Below, in pieces: positions 55,401 through 64,000 of a DNA stretch of 64,000 bases (positions within the stretch are counted from its first letter, which is position 1; each line of letters begins with the position of its first letter). The stretch lies in the IMG/VR virus record IMGVR_UViG_3300023174_000108. One strand, written 5' to 3'. Origin of the DNA: an uncultured virus (IMG/VR IMGVR_UViG_3300023174_000108). Taxonomy: Duplodnaviria > Heunggongvirae > Uroviricota > Caudoviricetes. The translations under genes and the position numbers were made by a program. The notes beneath the pieces were generated by a model that was given only the letters and a program-made list of their open reading frames with translations, had not been told where the DNA came from and did not search any database.

Positions 55401-58400
55401 CTTGAAGACCTGTTAGTCCTTGGACGCCATCAACACCAATAGTTCCAGCAGTTCCTTGTGCACCCGCTGTTCCTTGTACGCCTTGAGTTCCACCAACAAT
55501 AAGTTGAACCCATTGATTACCATCAGGGTCACTTGTATATGTGTATTCAACACCGTTTTCTGTATCCCACCAGCGGTCTCCTAATACTGGAGATACTGGA
55601 GGTGTAGGTCCTGTGTAGAACCCGCCACCGCTTCCGCCACTACCAGCGGGACCTTGAATACCTTGTGTACCCGCACCAGTTAAACCTTGCGCACCAGCAA
55701 GGCCTTGTGAACCTGTAGACCCCTGTACACCGCTTGCGCCCTGTGTACCCGCGCCAGTTGCTCCTTGAATACCTTGCGTTCCAGCAAAACCAGACGCAGA
55801 CAATTCAACCCACGCATAGGTATTGCCATCATAAATGTATGTGTACTCAGAGCCAGAGTTGCTATCAATCCAGAGGTCATTTGTACTTGGGTTTAATGGA
55901 GGAGTTTCAGAAAACGTAACTGGAATAGATGGTCCTTGAATACCCTGCCAACCCTGTACACCTTGAAGACCCGCGCTACCTTGCGTACCAGTTGCGCCCT
56001 GTACACCTGCAGCACCATCATTACCTAATCCACCCTGGATACCTTGAGTTCCCAAGAAACCTTGAACACCTTGTAAACCTTGTGCAGCAACTTCACCTGC
56101 AATACCTTGTACACCTTGTGAACCTGGCGCACCTGCAAAACCTTGAAGACCTGTTGAACCTGAGTAACCAGAAGCAGAAAGCTCTACCCATGCAAAGTTA
56201 TTGCCATCATAAATCCATGTGTACTCTGAACCAGATTCACTGTCTACCCAACGGTCATTAACATTTGGAGAAGTTGGAGGAGTTGCTCCAAAAGTAACTG
56301 GGATTGAAGGGCCTTGTACACCCTGCGTACCTTGTACGCCTTGTACACCAATACCAGTTAAACCTTGTGAACCAGTTGTTCCTTGCGCACCGACTCCCGT
56401 TAAACCTTGAGTACCTTGTGTACCAAGGAAGCCTTGTACACCTTGGAAACCTTGCGCGGCTGCTTCACCAGCAATACCCTGTACACCCTGCGTTCCAATA
56501 CCTTGAGCACCAGCTGGCCCTTGAACACCAGAGTATCCAGATGCGGAAAGCTCAACCCAAGAGAAGTTGTTACCGTCGTATACCCATGTGTATTCAGAAC
56601 CAGATTCTGAATCAATCCATCTATCTCCAGCTGCTGGGCTAACAGGAGGCGTAGCGCCAAAGGTTACAAACGCTTGTCCACCTTGAATACCTTGACCGCC
56701 AGAAAAACCCTGTACACCTTGAATACCAGATGGGCCTTGAATTCCTACGCCTTGCGCACCTTGCGGACCAATAGGACCAGGTGAACCCTGCGCACCACTA
56801 GGTCCATCAAAACCTTGGATACCTTGTGAACCAGCTCCAATAGGTCCTTGAATACCTTGAATACCTGCAGCACCGCTGTAACCAGATGCAGAGACTTCTA
56901 CCCACGCATTGTTGTTACCATCGTAAATCCAGGTGTACTCAGAGCCTGACTCTGAATCTACCCAACGGTCACCAAGTAGAGGTGCTACTGGCGGTGTAGG
57001 GCCAAATGAAAGTGCAGCGTTAGGTCCTTGTAGACCTTGATTACCGAGGAGGCCTTGAGCTCCCTGAATACCAGTAAAGCCTTGTAAACCTGTTAAACCT
57101 TGCGCACCTGTGTCACCTTTATCACCCACACGTGCAAACGTCATATAGACGTTGTCGTTGTTAGATAAAGTTAAAGAACCAGATACATATGCAATAGGTA
57201 CGTTGTACCAAGTGCCGTTGTCTGTGTGTAGTCCAACAATCTGAAAGAACGCATAGTTATTAGCATTAAGGACATCTGTTACTTTAATTGTTCCCTTAAC
57301 CTGTGATGAAGAGTCATCAATGGTTTCAAGGAACTGTGAGATGTTGACTGACAATGCGTCAATATCATCAATATACAATTTGGTTACAGCAGAGAAAGTA
57401 GTGCTATCAAACTTTACATTTCCTGAAAGAGGGTCGGTAGCGCTAGTGTTGTTAACGTAGTTGTACTCAAAAGTTTCTCCACCAAAAGTACCAGTGTCAC
57501 CCTTAGTACCTTGTACGCCTTGGGTTCCAGTTAATCCCTGTAGACCCTGTATCCCTTGAGTTCCTTGTGCACCTTGAGAGCCAGTAAGTCCTTGAGTACC
57601 TTGAACTCCTTGAAGTCCTTGAACACCCTGTGTACCTTGAGGGCCCTTAATGTTTCCAACGTTAAGCCAGATAGAGCCGTTCCAAACATAGAGGTCACTT
57701 CCTCCAATTAGATAAGCATCTCCAACATTTCCGATTGGATGTGCGGTTACTAACTCTGAGTATGTTGTGTACCCGCCAAGAATAGTAACGCCAGAACCAA
57801 CTGGGCCTTGCACACCTTGAAGCTGTGCGTAACCAAAACCTTGGATACCTTGGAAACCAAGAAGACCTTGTGTTCCTTGAGTACCTAGTAAACCTTGCGT
57901 TCCTTGTACACCTTGGTCACCTTGTAGTCCTTGCAAGCCTTGTACGCCTTGCGAACCTTGGATACCAGTGGTTCCTTGGTTACCTTGTGCGCCTTGTACG
58001 CCCTGTGTTCCTTGCGCAGCAATGCTTCCTTGGATACCTTGGAAACCTGTTGTACCTTGCGTACCTTGCGCTCCAGCACCTTGCGGTCCTTGAATACTGA
58101 TACCACTTATACCTTGAACACCTTGACGGCCAGTGAAACCTTGTAAACCTAAATCACCTTTATCGCCTTTAAGACCTTGAGCGCCATCAAAACCTTGAAC
58201 GCCTTGAAAACCATAGAAGCCTTGTACACCATTAAAACCTTGTGCGCCTTGAGTACCAGTGCGTCCTTGTACTCCATCTGTTCCGCGTGTTCCCTGTAGA
58301 CCATCTGCGCCTTGTAGACCTGTGGCACCTTGAACGCTTGCCCCCTGCATACCTTGTGCAGCAGCGGCTCCAGCAATACCTTGCTGACCAACTTGTCCTT

Positions 58401-58830
58401 GTACACCAAGCTCACCTTGAATACCTTGTACACCTTGAATGCTGGGTCCTTGTAAACCTTGACGACCTTGAACACCTTGATTACCTAATAGGCCCTGCGT
58501 ACCACTAAGGCCTTGCATACCTTGCTGACCAGACGGACCTTGTACGCCTTGAATTGCTGCGCCTTGCAAACCTTGATTACCTTGGACACCAAGAGGTCCT
58601 TGTAAACCTTGTGTACCTTGTGCTTGATTGAAACCGCCGCCCTGAATACCTTGGGGTCCTTGAGCACCAACAACACCCTGCAAAGCAGGGTTAACTGTTA
58701 TGTTAGTTTCTTGTACGGATTGGACAGAGGGCGAGTTAACCTTGATAACAATCGGTTGTCTAGGGACAACTGTAATACCCTGAGCAGAACAGGTACAGCT
58801 AGGGTTACCGCAGATTACGCAATTAGTCAA
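52420..58830 (-). CDS. giant collagen-like fibre protein (2136 aa)
   Basis: Extensive Gly-X-Gln triplets interrupted by 11 copies of a ~45-aa PP..P..GDRW.D..SG.EY...DGNN..WVE module; TTG start with AGGTGA RBS. Confidence 0.9.
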   Translation of the reverse strand: MTNCVICGNPSCTCSAQGITVVPRQPIVIKVNSPSVQSVQETNITVNPALQGVVGAQGPQGIQGGGFNQAQGTQGLQGPLGVQGNQGLQGAAIQGVQGPSGQQGMQGLSGTQGLLGNQGVQGRQGLQGPSIQGVQGIQGELGVQGQVGQQGIAGAAAAQGMQGASVQGATGLQGADGLQGTRGTDGVQGRTGTQGAQGFNGVQGFYGFQGVQGFDGAQGLKGDKGDLGLQGFTGRQGVQGISGISIQGPQGAGAQGTQGTTGFQGIQGSIAAQGTQGVQGAQGNQGTTGIQGSQGVQGLQGLQGDQGVQGTQGLLGTQGTQGLLGFQGIQGFGYAQLQGVQGPVGSGVTILGGYTTYSELVTAHPIGNVGDAYLIGGSDLYVWNGSIWLNVGNIKGPQGTQGVQGLQGVQGTQGLTGSQGAQGTQGIQGLQGLTGTQGVQGTKGDTGTFGGETFEYNYVNNTSATDPLSGNVKFDSTTFSAVTKLYIDDIDALSVNISQFLETIDDSSSQVKGTIKVTDVLNANNYAFFQIVGLHTDNGTWYNVPIAYVSGSLTLSNNDNVYMTFARVGDKGDTGAQGLTGLQGFTGIQGAQGLLGNQGLQGPNAALSFGPTPPVAPLLGDRWVDSESGSEYTWIYDGNNNAWVEVSASGYSGAAGIQGIQGPIGAGSQGIQGFDGPSGAQGSPGPIGPQGAQGVGIQGPSGIQGVQGFSGGQGIQGGQAFVTFGATPPVSPAAGDRWIDSESGSEYTWVYDGNNFSWVELSASGYSGVQGPAGAQGIGTQGVQGIAGEAAAQGFQGVQGFLGTQGTQGLTGVGAQGTTGSQGLTGIGVQGVQGTQGVQGPSIPVTFGATPPTSPNVNDRWVDSESGSEYTWIYDGNNFAWVELSASGYSGSTGLQGFAGAPGSQGVQGIAGEVAAQGLQGVQGFLGTQGIQGGLGNDGAAGVQGATGTQGSAGLQGVQGWQGIQGPSIPVTFSETPPLNPSTNDLWIDSNSGSEYTYIYDGNTYAWVELSASGFAGTQGIQGATGAGTQGASGVQGSTGSQGLAGAQGLTGAGTQGIQGPAGSGGSGGGFYTGPTPPVSPVLGDRWWDTENGVEYTYTSDPDGNQWVQLIVGGTQGVQGTAGAQGTAGTIGVDGVQGLTGLQGFAGVQGAVGAQGIQGSSVQGIQGANSGITFDVIPPTNPNIGDRWVDSNSGSEYIWINDGNNSTWVEVSASGFSGVQGPAGAGTQGIQGIAGEAAAQGFAGSQGIQGFVGTQGLIGLQGFDGAQGIQGLLGTQGATGTGAQGTQGLQGPTVGIIFSATPPVAPVLGDRWVDSETGSEYTWAYDGNNFAWIELSASGFAGIGIQGAAGAPGAQGLAGSAAAQGFAGAQGLQGFIGTQGLQGTDGVGIQGLQGLLGTQGTSGAQGLQGNQGLQGPTVGITFDVNPPVSPVLGDRWVDSNSGSEYTWTYDGNNFAWIELSASGYAGYGIQGLIGETGPTGEPGQGFNYRGVYNGTTSYDYNDVVNYNGSTYVCFANGVIGNRPDISAFWLLFLEQGSTGLQGFVGTQGLQGLTGAQGLQGVQGLLGLQGVDGAQGIQGWQGFQGTNAGIVFDTVPPVSAGIGDRWVDSNSGIEYTYIYDGNNFTWVEVSASGFSGVQGVTGAQGATGTATQGASGADGAQGTLGIQGFVGTQGLQGLTGAGTQGVQGVQGIQGDFGLQGGLGAQGIQGPNSALAFSSTPPVSPLLGDRWVDSESGIEYTYIYDGNNFVWVEVSASGFAGTVGAQGTQGISGAPGIGTQGATGLQGETGVQGFFGTQGLQGTTGVGAQGTQGLQGEAVQGATGSGAQGTQGIQGPNAAITFDVVPPTSPLLGDRWTDAETGIGYTWTYDGNNYAWVELSASGYAGVQGIQGLQGPSAVGTQGLTGIQGSIGFQGIQGLIGDTGALGPVGTQGLQGLQGGGFNQAQGTQGVQGPIGPVGIQGTDGIQGSFGGIGVQGSAGPQGIQGIQGTFPTTGGVTFSNTTFTGTTTVAQLIENASINQSALNGVLNYYVKAFTSVTLFAATTTGNFTFNIAADGAQTLNDYMAVGQSITVTMLTTQGATGFFQTGFQIDGISVTPRWFNGAPTSGNANSIDAYTYSIIKTATSTWTVLASRTRYS

Positions 58831-59887
58831 CGGTCACCTGCTGTGTCGTAAACACCTGACCTTTAATGTATGTCATTTGATAGTCAGGGTCAGACGCAGC
58901 AGTGGCCTGTAAATCCCAGAACGCACGTACAGGCATGTATCTTGTTTTACTACTTGTAAGCGATAGCTTAATCTTACTTTCACTAGGTGAAGTAGAGATA
59001 GTAGTTACCGTAAAGGATGCATACGAGACTGGTGCATTTGGATAGGTACGTATTTGCGCCTTAAAAGTTAAAGCTGTAGTATCAAATGGGAAATCAAACT
59101 CAATTTCAAATGAGTCACCTTGATACAAAATAATGTCATAGTTTTGAGCGGTAGTTGGCATAGGCTTGCGTCCATTTAAATCATTTGAAATGTATACGCG
59201 TTCTGGCCTTCTAGCATCGTCAATCTCTTGAGGCATGTAAATAGGTACGAGCTTATTGGTAGTACGCGAGACACGGCGAAGGGTACCCATCTCAAGCCGC
59301 CACAAACCAATGTTAAGTGCAGAACACAGCTGCTTATACTGGTCCCAACGCTGGGTTATAATCCCAGTTAATTGTGCATATCGCTGAGCACGTGGGATTA
59401 CTACCCCATCAGGCGCAGTGATATTGATGTCAAACGCAGCATCCGTAGCGAGCGCCCAAAGCGCTTCTATAGTAGCTAGGATGGCGACTGGGTACTCTTC
59501 AACCGCAGGAATTGATGCGATTGTCACCGCACTGCCGTAGGCGTCCGTACGGTTGTATGTGTGTTGAGTTACCGCAGTATCAACAAATCCACAAATGTCA
59601 GCGTCTAAAAAGTAACGATTAGCTACACCTTCAACTTTAATAGCCGTGTTGTTACCAGGGGCTGAGGTAAAACGAATGATGCCTTGGTCACCTTCAAGGC
59701 TATAGTCTGTTGGGTAGGCTCTAGCTACACCGTTAACGGTGACGTATAGATTAGTAAGTTCAACTGGCTTTGTATTTAAATAAAAGGCTTTTGTAACGCC
59801 GTCGCCAGTTGCTGAAAATGTAAACTGCTTAGGTGCATCACCTAGTTCTAGACGCACTCGTGAAACTAAGTCTGCTAGTAGGGCCAC
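58823..59887 (-). CDS. head-tail adaptor-like protein with C-terminal Ig-like/BppU-like domain
   Basis: L..RVRLELGD N-terminus; I.LYQGDSF...AQIR...WDLQ C-terminus; position after capsid. Confidence 0.6.
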   Translation of the reverse strand: MALLADLVSRVRLELGDAPKQFTFSATGDGVTKAFYLNTKPVELTNLYVTVNGVARAYPTDYSLEGDQGIIRFTSAPGNNTAIKVEGVANRYFLDADICGFVDTAVTQHTYNRTDAYGSAVTIASIPAVEEYPVAILATIEALWALATDAAFDINITAPDGVVIPRAQRYAQLTGIITQRWDQYKQLCSALNIGLWRLEMGTLRRVSRTTNKLVPIYMPQEIDDARRPERVYISNDLNGRKPMPTTAQNYDIILYQGDSFEIEFDFPFDTTALTFKAQIRTYPNAPVSYASFTVTTISTSPSESKIKLSLTSSKTRYMPVRAFWDLQATAASDPDYQMTYIKGQVFTTQQVTVD

Positions 59888-59949
59888 GAATTACTCCTCA
59901 CCTTTTAGACTACCTACATAGTCGCAGTTTTTTAATGAAAAATCTCTAC

Positions 59950-59977
59950 AAACGAGAAAGCGGGCCCGAGAGCCCGC
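59950..59977 (-). terminator. rho-independent terminator
   Basis: GCGGGC-TCTCGG-GCCCGC then TTTCTCGTTT. Confidence 0.65.
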
Positions 59978-59996
59978 CCCCTGTTTATAACTGTTA

Positions 59997-60359
59997 TTAA
60001 ATTACTCCTGCTAAATAGCCCTTTTCCTTAAGGTGTTGGGCTACTTGCTGAGTTACTTTGTACTTCTGACCAGCTTTGAAGTTGTAGTTGTTGCCTGCGC
60101 CAAGCGTCATATTTTCAATGTTCTCAATGACACGGATTTCAACTGAGTTGTCTTCCTTGCCAATAGTGATTACTTCATCAACAATAACTGTTTGACGGTC
60201 TGGCTTTGTTGCATCAATTACTTCTGTTTCAAGCTTTGCGGCTGCAACAGCAGATGCCATAGACATCTCATTTGCACGTTCCTGCATAGCTTCTAAATTA
60301 TCTTCTAGTTGCTGCTCACGCATACGACCAGTTACATCGGTAGGCTTCTTTGTAGCCAT
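59997..60359 (-). CDS. capsid-associated hypothetical protein
   Basis: AGGAG RBS; F..G..YKV...VA.HL..KGY; follows capsid. Confidence 0.7.
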   Translation of the reverse strand: MATKKPTDVTGRMREQQLEDNLEAMQERANEMSMASAVAAAKLETEVIDATKPDRQTVIVDEVITIGKEDNSVEIRVIENIENMTLGAGNNYNFKAGQKYKVTQQVAQHLKEKGYLAGVI

Positions 60360-60460
60360 TTATATTCTCCTAATTAGTGACTGTGGGTTGAGTGCAGTGG
60401 GGCGAGAGTGTGGTCCTATTTCAGACCGTGCTTAAACCTCGCCCCACCACTATTAAGTTT

Positions 60461-61531
60461 TTAGTTGGTTTCTGCAATAACTACAGACTGGTCAGTGATT
60501 AGACCAAGTCCAAAGATTGAGTACCAAGCAAGTGCATGCTCACGACCGAAGTCAAGAATACCGCCATCGCGGAGTTCAACTGGAAGAGAGATTGCGTGAC
60601 CGAATGCGTTATCTCCAATGAAGATAGCTGAGTAGCGGTCAGATGCACCATTACCTGTGTATGTTGCAGGAGTTGTGTAACCTCCACCTGCAGCTACTGT
60701 TGGGTTAGCAACAGCTGTATCAGTTGTGTAACCTGAACCAGCGCCACCAGCAACCTTGAGAACCTGTGTGGTCTCAATGAATACTGTGTCGTATAGACGG
60801 CCGATTTCACCTAGCATGAAGTTACCTGGAGCTGCGTACTTTGTGACTTCAATAAATTCTGGATTGTCACGAAGCTTACGGCTCTGGTGTGGGTGAATGA
60901 AAGCAACATATGTCTCACCTAGGCGAGGGATGTTCTTGGTTGCTAGTGTTTCTACAGCATCCTTGACAGTGTGAGGTGTCAAGTTAAACGCACCAGTCAT
61001 AGAAGCACGGGTTGTACCCTTTGTGCCATCTGCGTACCAGTTGTTAACTGCTGAGAGGTTAGAGCGGTCTTCACCGTAGATTGTTGAAGTTGCTGCGTAT
61101 AGTGTGTCGCGTGATAGCTGGTCTAGGTAGATAGCCATGTTACGACCAAGAAGACGTGAGGCTGAAGCCATTACGTCATCGAATGATGCGTTAAGCAAGA
61201 GCTCTGAAACAGCAAGAGCATAACCATGCTCTGATACTGTGATTGAGAACTGCTGTGCTGTTAGCGCGTTTGTCTGCATACGAACACCTTCGACGAGGCT
61301 GTTTGCAAAGCCAAGGTTGTTGTAACGCATGAAGTTAATCTGAAGACCAGGAGCAACACCTAGCTCTGTCTTCTTTACTGCGAACTGCTCAAAGCGAAGG
61401 ATTGGCATGGCCTGGAAAAGAATTTCCTTTGACCAAATAGTCTGAATCGCTTGAGTCAGCTGGGTGTTGGTACCTGAATAGGCGGTAGGGGCCGCGGCAA
61501 GATTGCCTGTACCTGTGATGCTTGATGCCAT
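60461..61531 (-). CDS. major capsid protein (N4-gp56-like, HK97 fold)
   Basis: IWSKEILFQAMP.LRFEQFA, EG, EHG.A, HP.Q...L, GEIG......FIET, DFGR...LAWY; AAGGAG RBS, biased codons. Confidence 0.92.
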   Translation of the reverse strand: MASSITGTGNLAAAPTAYSGTNTQLTQAIQTIWSKEILFQAMPILRFEQFAVKKTELGVAPGLQINFMRYNNLGFANSLVEGVRMQTNALTAQQFSITVSEHGYALAVSELLLNASFDDVMASASRLLGRNMAIYLDQLSRDTLYAATSTIYGEDRSNLSAVNNWYADGTKGTTRASMTGAFNLTPHTVKDAVETLATKNIPRLGETYVAFIHPHQSRKLRDNPEFIEVTKYAAPGNFMLGEIGRLYDTVFIETTQVLKVAGGAGSGYTTDTAVANPTVAAGGGYTTPATYTGNGASDRYSAIFIGDNAFGHAISLPVELRDGGILDFGREHALAWYSIFGLGLITDQSVVIAETN

Positions 61532-61568
61532 TTAGCTATGACTCCTTGTTAGATTTTGGGTTAGGGAC

Positions 61569-62345
61569 TTAACCGAACAGGCCGCGAGACTTACCACGAG
61601 CAGCGTCGCTCATGAGTCGGTCTCTATATTTGGCGTAATCATTCATAGACATTGCCGCAATTTCTTGTGGCGTTAACGAACGTTGCTCCGAATTGGTTTC
61701 CAGTGGTCCAGCGGGAGGAGCAGAGATGCTCGTTCCCTTCATTTCTTTTCTGGCGTTCTGCATTGCAGATTGCGCAGATTCAAGAATACTTGCTGAACGT
61801 TCCTTCAATCGTTCTACGCTTTCAGCGAGTTCTTCACGGGAGTTACCCTGAATGAAATCGACTAGCTGTGGAATGATGTTGTCACGTTCTTGTTCAATAA
61901 CTTGCTGACGATATGCTTGAAGGTCTGCATAGGTCTTCTCGCGCTCCAGAAGAGCGAAGGCTCGTTCGCGTTCTTGACGCTCACGCTCCAACTGCTCCTG
62001 CAACTCTGACAATCGAGCATCTGCATATGACTTGGAATCTAGTTCCGACAATGCTTCTGCCTTTGCTCGTTCTGCCTCTGCTTGCGCAGTTGCATTACGA
62101 CGAGCTGCTTCTTCTTCTTTTTCTTTTCGTAAAGAGTTAAGCTCTTCCTTCAAACTTTCAATTTGAGGGTAGAGCTTGTCTTTCTCCTGAGAACGAACTT
62201 TTGCCAAATCCTCGTCTGTATAGAACTTAGACTTAACGCTGTCCGTAGTAGTAACAGTCGGCGCGTCAACGCCCGACACATTTACGACTGGAGCGGTATT
62301 AGCTTCTGCTTCAAAAGCAGCAGCCATATTTTCTGCAGTTTCCAT
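61569..62345 (-). CDS. capsid scaffolding protein
   Basis: Coiled coil, R.QEKDKLY, C-terminal MSMNDYAKYR..L; between portal and capsid; start ATG 62345 after AAGGA. Confidence 0.82.
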   Translation of the reverse strand: METAENMAAAFEAEANTAPVVNVSGVDAPTVTTTDSVKSKFYTDEDLAKVRSQEKDKLYPQIESLKEELNSLRKEKEEEAARRNATAQAEAERAKAEALSELDSKSYADARLSELQEQLERERQERERAFALLEREKTYADLQAYRQQVIEQERDNIIPQLVDFIQGNSREELAESVERLKERSASILESAQSAMQNARKEMKGTSISAPPAGPLETNSEQRSLTPQEIAAMSMNDYAKYRDRLMSDAARGKSRGLFG

Positions 62346-62470
62346 GCTCGTACATCCTTTGTATTCTAGGGGTCGTTTTCCGAATGCCTTGCGGCGTAGC
62401 ACATATGACCAAACGTTGTATTACAAGTTAATTTTCTCTAGCCCTACGTAAAATTACAGCCTAAACTGCT

Positions 62471-64000
62471 TTATTTTTCGTAGCCTTCTGGAACTCTCCT
62501 TTGTGGTAGTTGGGTTCCATAAGCTTGTGTCACTAAGTTGGAGCGTAGGGCTTGTTCTCCCATTTGCGCTGCTATTGTTGCGTCATCAATGACTGGAGGT
62601 AGAACTGATTGAGGAACCCCAGCTTCAGGGCTTCCGCCGCCAACTGGCTGAGCTGGAGCCCCTCCAGGGCCTAGCTGGGCAGATTGCATGCCAGTTAGCA
62701 TCATGATGTCATTTTCAATTTGAGTCTGTACAAGCTTAAGTGCGCCGTCTGACTTAGCGTCTTCAATAAGCTCTTGACGAATCTCTGTTAGCTTCTCTGC
62801 TGGGAATTCTTCACCTAGTGCGCGAAGGGCACCTTCCTTAGACTCAAGGCCTAAAGATAGCTTGCTCTGGATTTCATTAAGAGCAATCAATTTATCTAGT
62901 GGTAGAGGCTGTGGGAAGTGTACATAGTTTTGAAAAGTAATTGGGTCATTAGGGTCTAGCTGCGCAGCTTGCCCTGGCTTTAACGGGGTAGTGCTGGCGT
63001 TAGGGTCCCAAATAAAAGTCTCTGGCTCTTTAATAGCAAGAGAGATTAGGATAAGCTCATTAACGCGCTCTAGACCATGCGCGTACTGAATAATCTTCTG
63101 ATGGTAACGGTTCATCAAAGGCTGGAACTGAATAGATAGAGCAACGCCTGATGTATTAGAAATAGGCTGTGCCTGACCAAGTGCGGTTTCAGGAACACCA
63201 ATCATTTCGTGCATAGACTTCTTGAGCATAGCCAAGAATTCCATAGCGCCCTTAAGACCTTGTGAACCGCCCTCTAGGTTTTCTACCTTTGCATCCTTAG
63301 GTAGCCCGCCCCAAACTTTGTTAGCGCCTTTTTCTAACTGAGACGCCTTAGCGCCGATAATAACCGTAACTGGCGCTGCGTGGTAGTTAACGATGTCCGC
63401 GATATCCGTAGCGGTTTCATTATATGCACGGTTAATGTTAATAATATCATTGCAATCTGATAGACCCCAAGGAGAACCAGAAATACGAACGTTTGGAATA
63501 TGTACAACAGGGATAGTGCCAAGCGGATTAGGGCGCGAGTCAATAAGTTCATCGTTGATGTACTCCTCAATAATGTCGTCTGTCAAGATTTCTGTGTAAG
63601 TAAATACTTGACGTGTTCCTTCTAGAGAAGTTCCCCAGAATCTGTACTTGAGCTTAAATCGAATAAGTCGCTCTCTATCATGCGGGTGAAACTCTGGAAA
63701 AGCGAATGAAGAGTTAAGAGGGAGAATGCGAACACGACCAGGATGCTGGCGACCAGACGGGTCAACCCATGCTTCTTCATATGCCACCTTAATAAAGCAG
63801 TCTCCAGATACGGAGCCCTGCTGACCAATTTCCCACAATACTGTGGCTTTGTTGTTATCTATTTCCCATACTCGTTCAAGCAGGTCTGGGACAATAGCCT
63901 CCGTTAACTTTGCTGAACGAAAGTTAACGCCCTTACCAAAAGTAAAGTTAATTAAGAAGTCTGTGAATGCTCTGTAGTAATTGAGCATAATCTGCGCTTC
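62471..64000 (-). CDS. portal protein (SPP1 gp6-like), 5' end outside window
   Basis: GD.F.KV, NPLG.IPVVH.PN, G.SD, SGVAL; upstream of scaffold and capsid. Confidence 0.88.
   Translation of the reverse strand, partial: EAQIMLNYYRAFTDFLINFTFGKGVNFRSAKLTEAIVPDLLERVWEIDNNKATVLWEIGQQGSVSGDCFIKVAYEEAWVDPSGRQHPGRVRILPLNSSFAFPEFHPHDRERLIRFKLKYRFWGTSLEGTRQVFTYTEILTDDIIEEYINDELIDSRPNPLGTIPVVHIPNVRISGSPWGLSDCNDIININRAYNETATDIADIVNYHAAPVTVIIGAKASQLEKGANKVWGGLPKDAKVENLEGGSQGLKGAMEFLAMLKKSMHEMIGVPETALGQAQPISNTSGVALSIQFQPLMNRYHQKIIQYAHGLERVNELILISLAIKEPETFIWDPNASTTPLKPGQAAQLDPNDPITFQNYVHFPQPLPLDKLIALNEIQSKLSLGLESKEGALRALGEEFPAEKLTEIRQELIEDAKSDGALKLVQTQIENDIMMLTGMQSAQLGPGGAPAQPVGGGSPEAGVPQSVLPPVIDDATIAAQMGEQALRSNLVTQAYGTQLPQRRVPEGYEK

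Noticed and set aside
52420..58830. Regularly spaced repeats as a CRISPR array or DGR template/variable repeats
   Set aside because: Repeats are in-frame protein modules with synonymous variation; no reverse transcriptase in the window
60380..60460. Hammerhead ribozyme (CTGA..GAAA-like bases)
   Set aside because: The CUGANGA and GAAA core elements are not arranged across three stems
3114..63828. Numerous antisense and alternative-frame ORFs in the track (especially 53-58.8 kb)
   Set aside because: They are shadows of long genes and of the repetitive Gly-X-Gln codons; no RBS or recognisable motifs
1..64000. Stop-codon reassignment
   Set aside because: Genes are full length and tightly packed in the standard code, all three stops are used, and no suppressor tRNA is seen
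1..64000. Integrase, terminase or lysis cassette
   Set aside because: None recognisable in this window; they may lie outside it, so lifestyle cannot be decided

Overview
The window is 64 kb of a tailed dsDNA phage with a contractile tail (myovirus). A whiB gene, an MSMEG_6728-type glycosylase and TAnnnT-N6-ATG leaderless promoters point to an actinobacterial host. Moderate rather than high GC suggests a low-GC freshwater lineage (inference). The first ~2.9 kb is a + strand array of small ORFs. The rest is on the - strand and runs right to left as follows: portal (truncated), scaffold and major capsid; head-tail adaptor; a 2136-aa collagen-like fibre and accessory fibre/lectin genes; neck, sheath, tube, chaperone, tape measure and baseplate; a replisome (initiator, DnaC-like loader, DnaB, primase, SNF2 helicase, SSB, family A polymerase); two tRNAs; recombination genes with whiB; spoVS and a metallophosphoesterase; a nucleotidyltransferase / HAD-like / TGT-like cassette; and a class II ribonucleotide reductase. 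The most interesting observations are: (1) the cassette of an intact nucleotidyltransferase with two apparently degenerate enzymes; (2) a central spike reduced to an OB fold with a 13-His insertion; (3) a candidate +1 frameshift in the tail chaperone; (4) a collagen fibre with 11 repeated globular knots; (5) a phage-borne spoVS; (6) iteron-like repeats in the initiator gene. All assignments come from motif recognition by eye; no searches were run.
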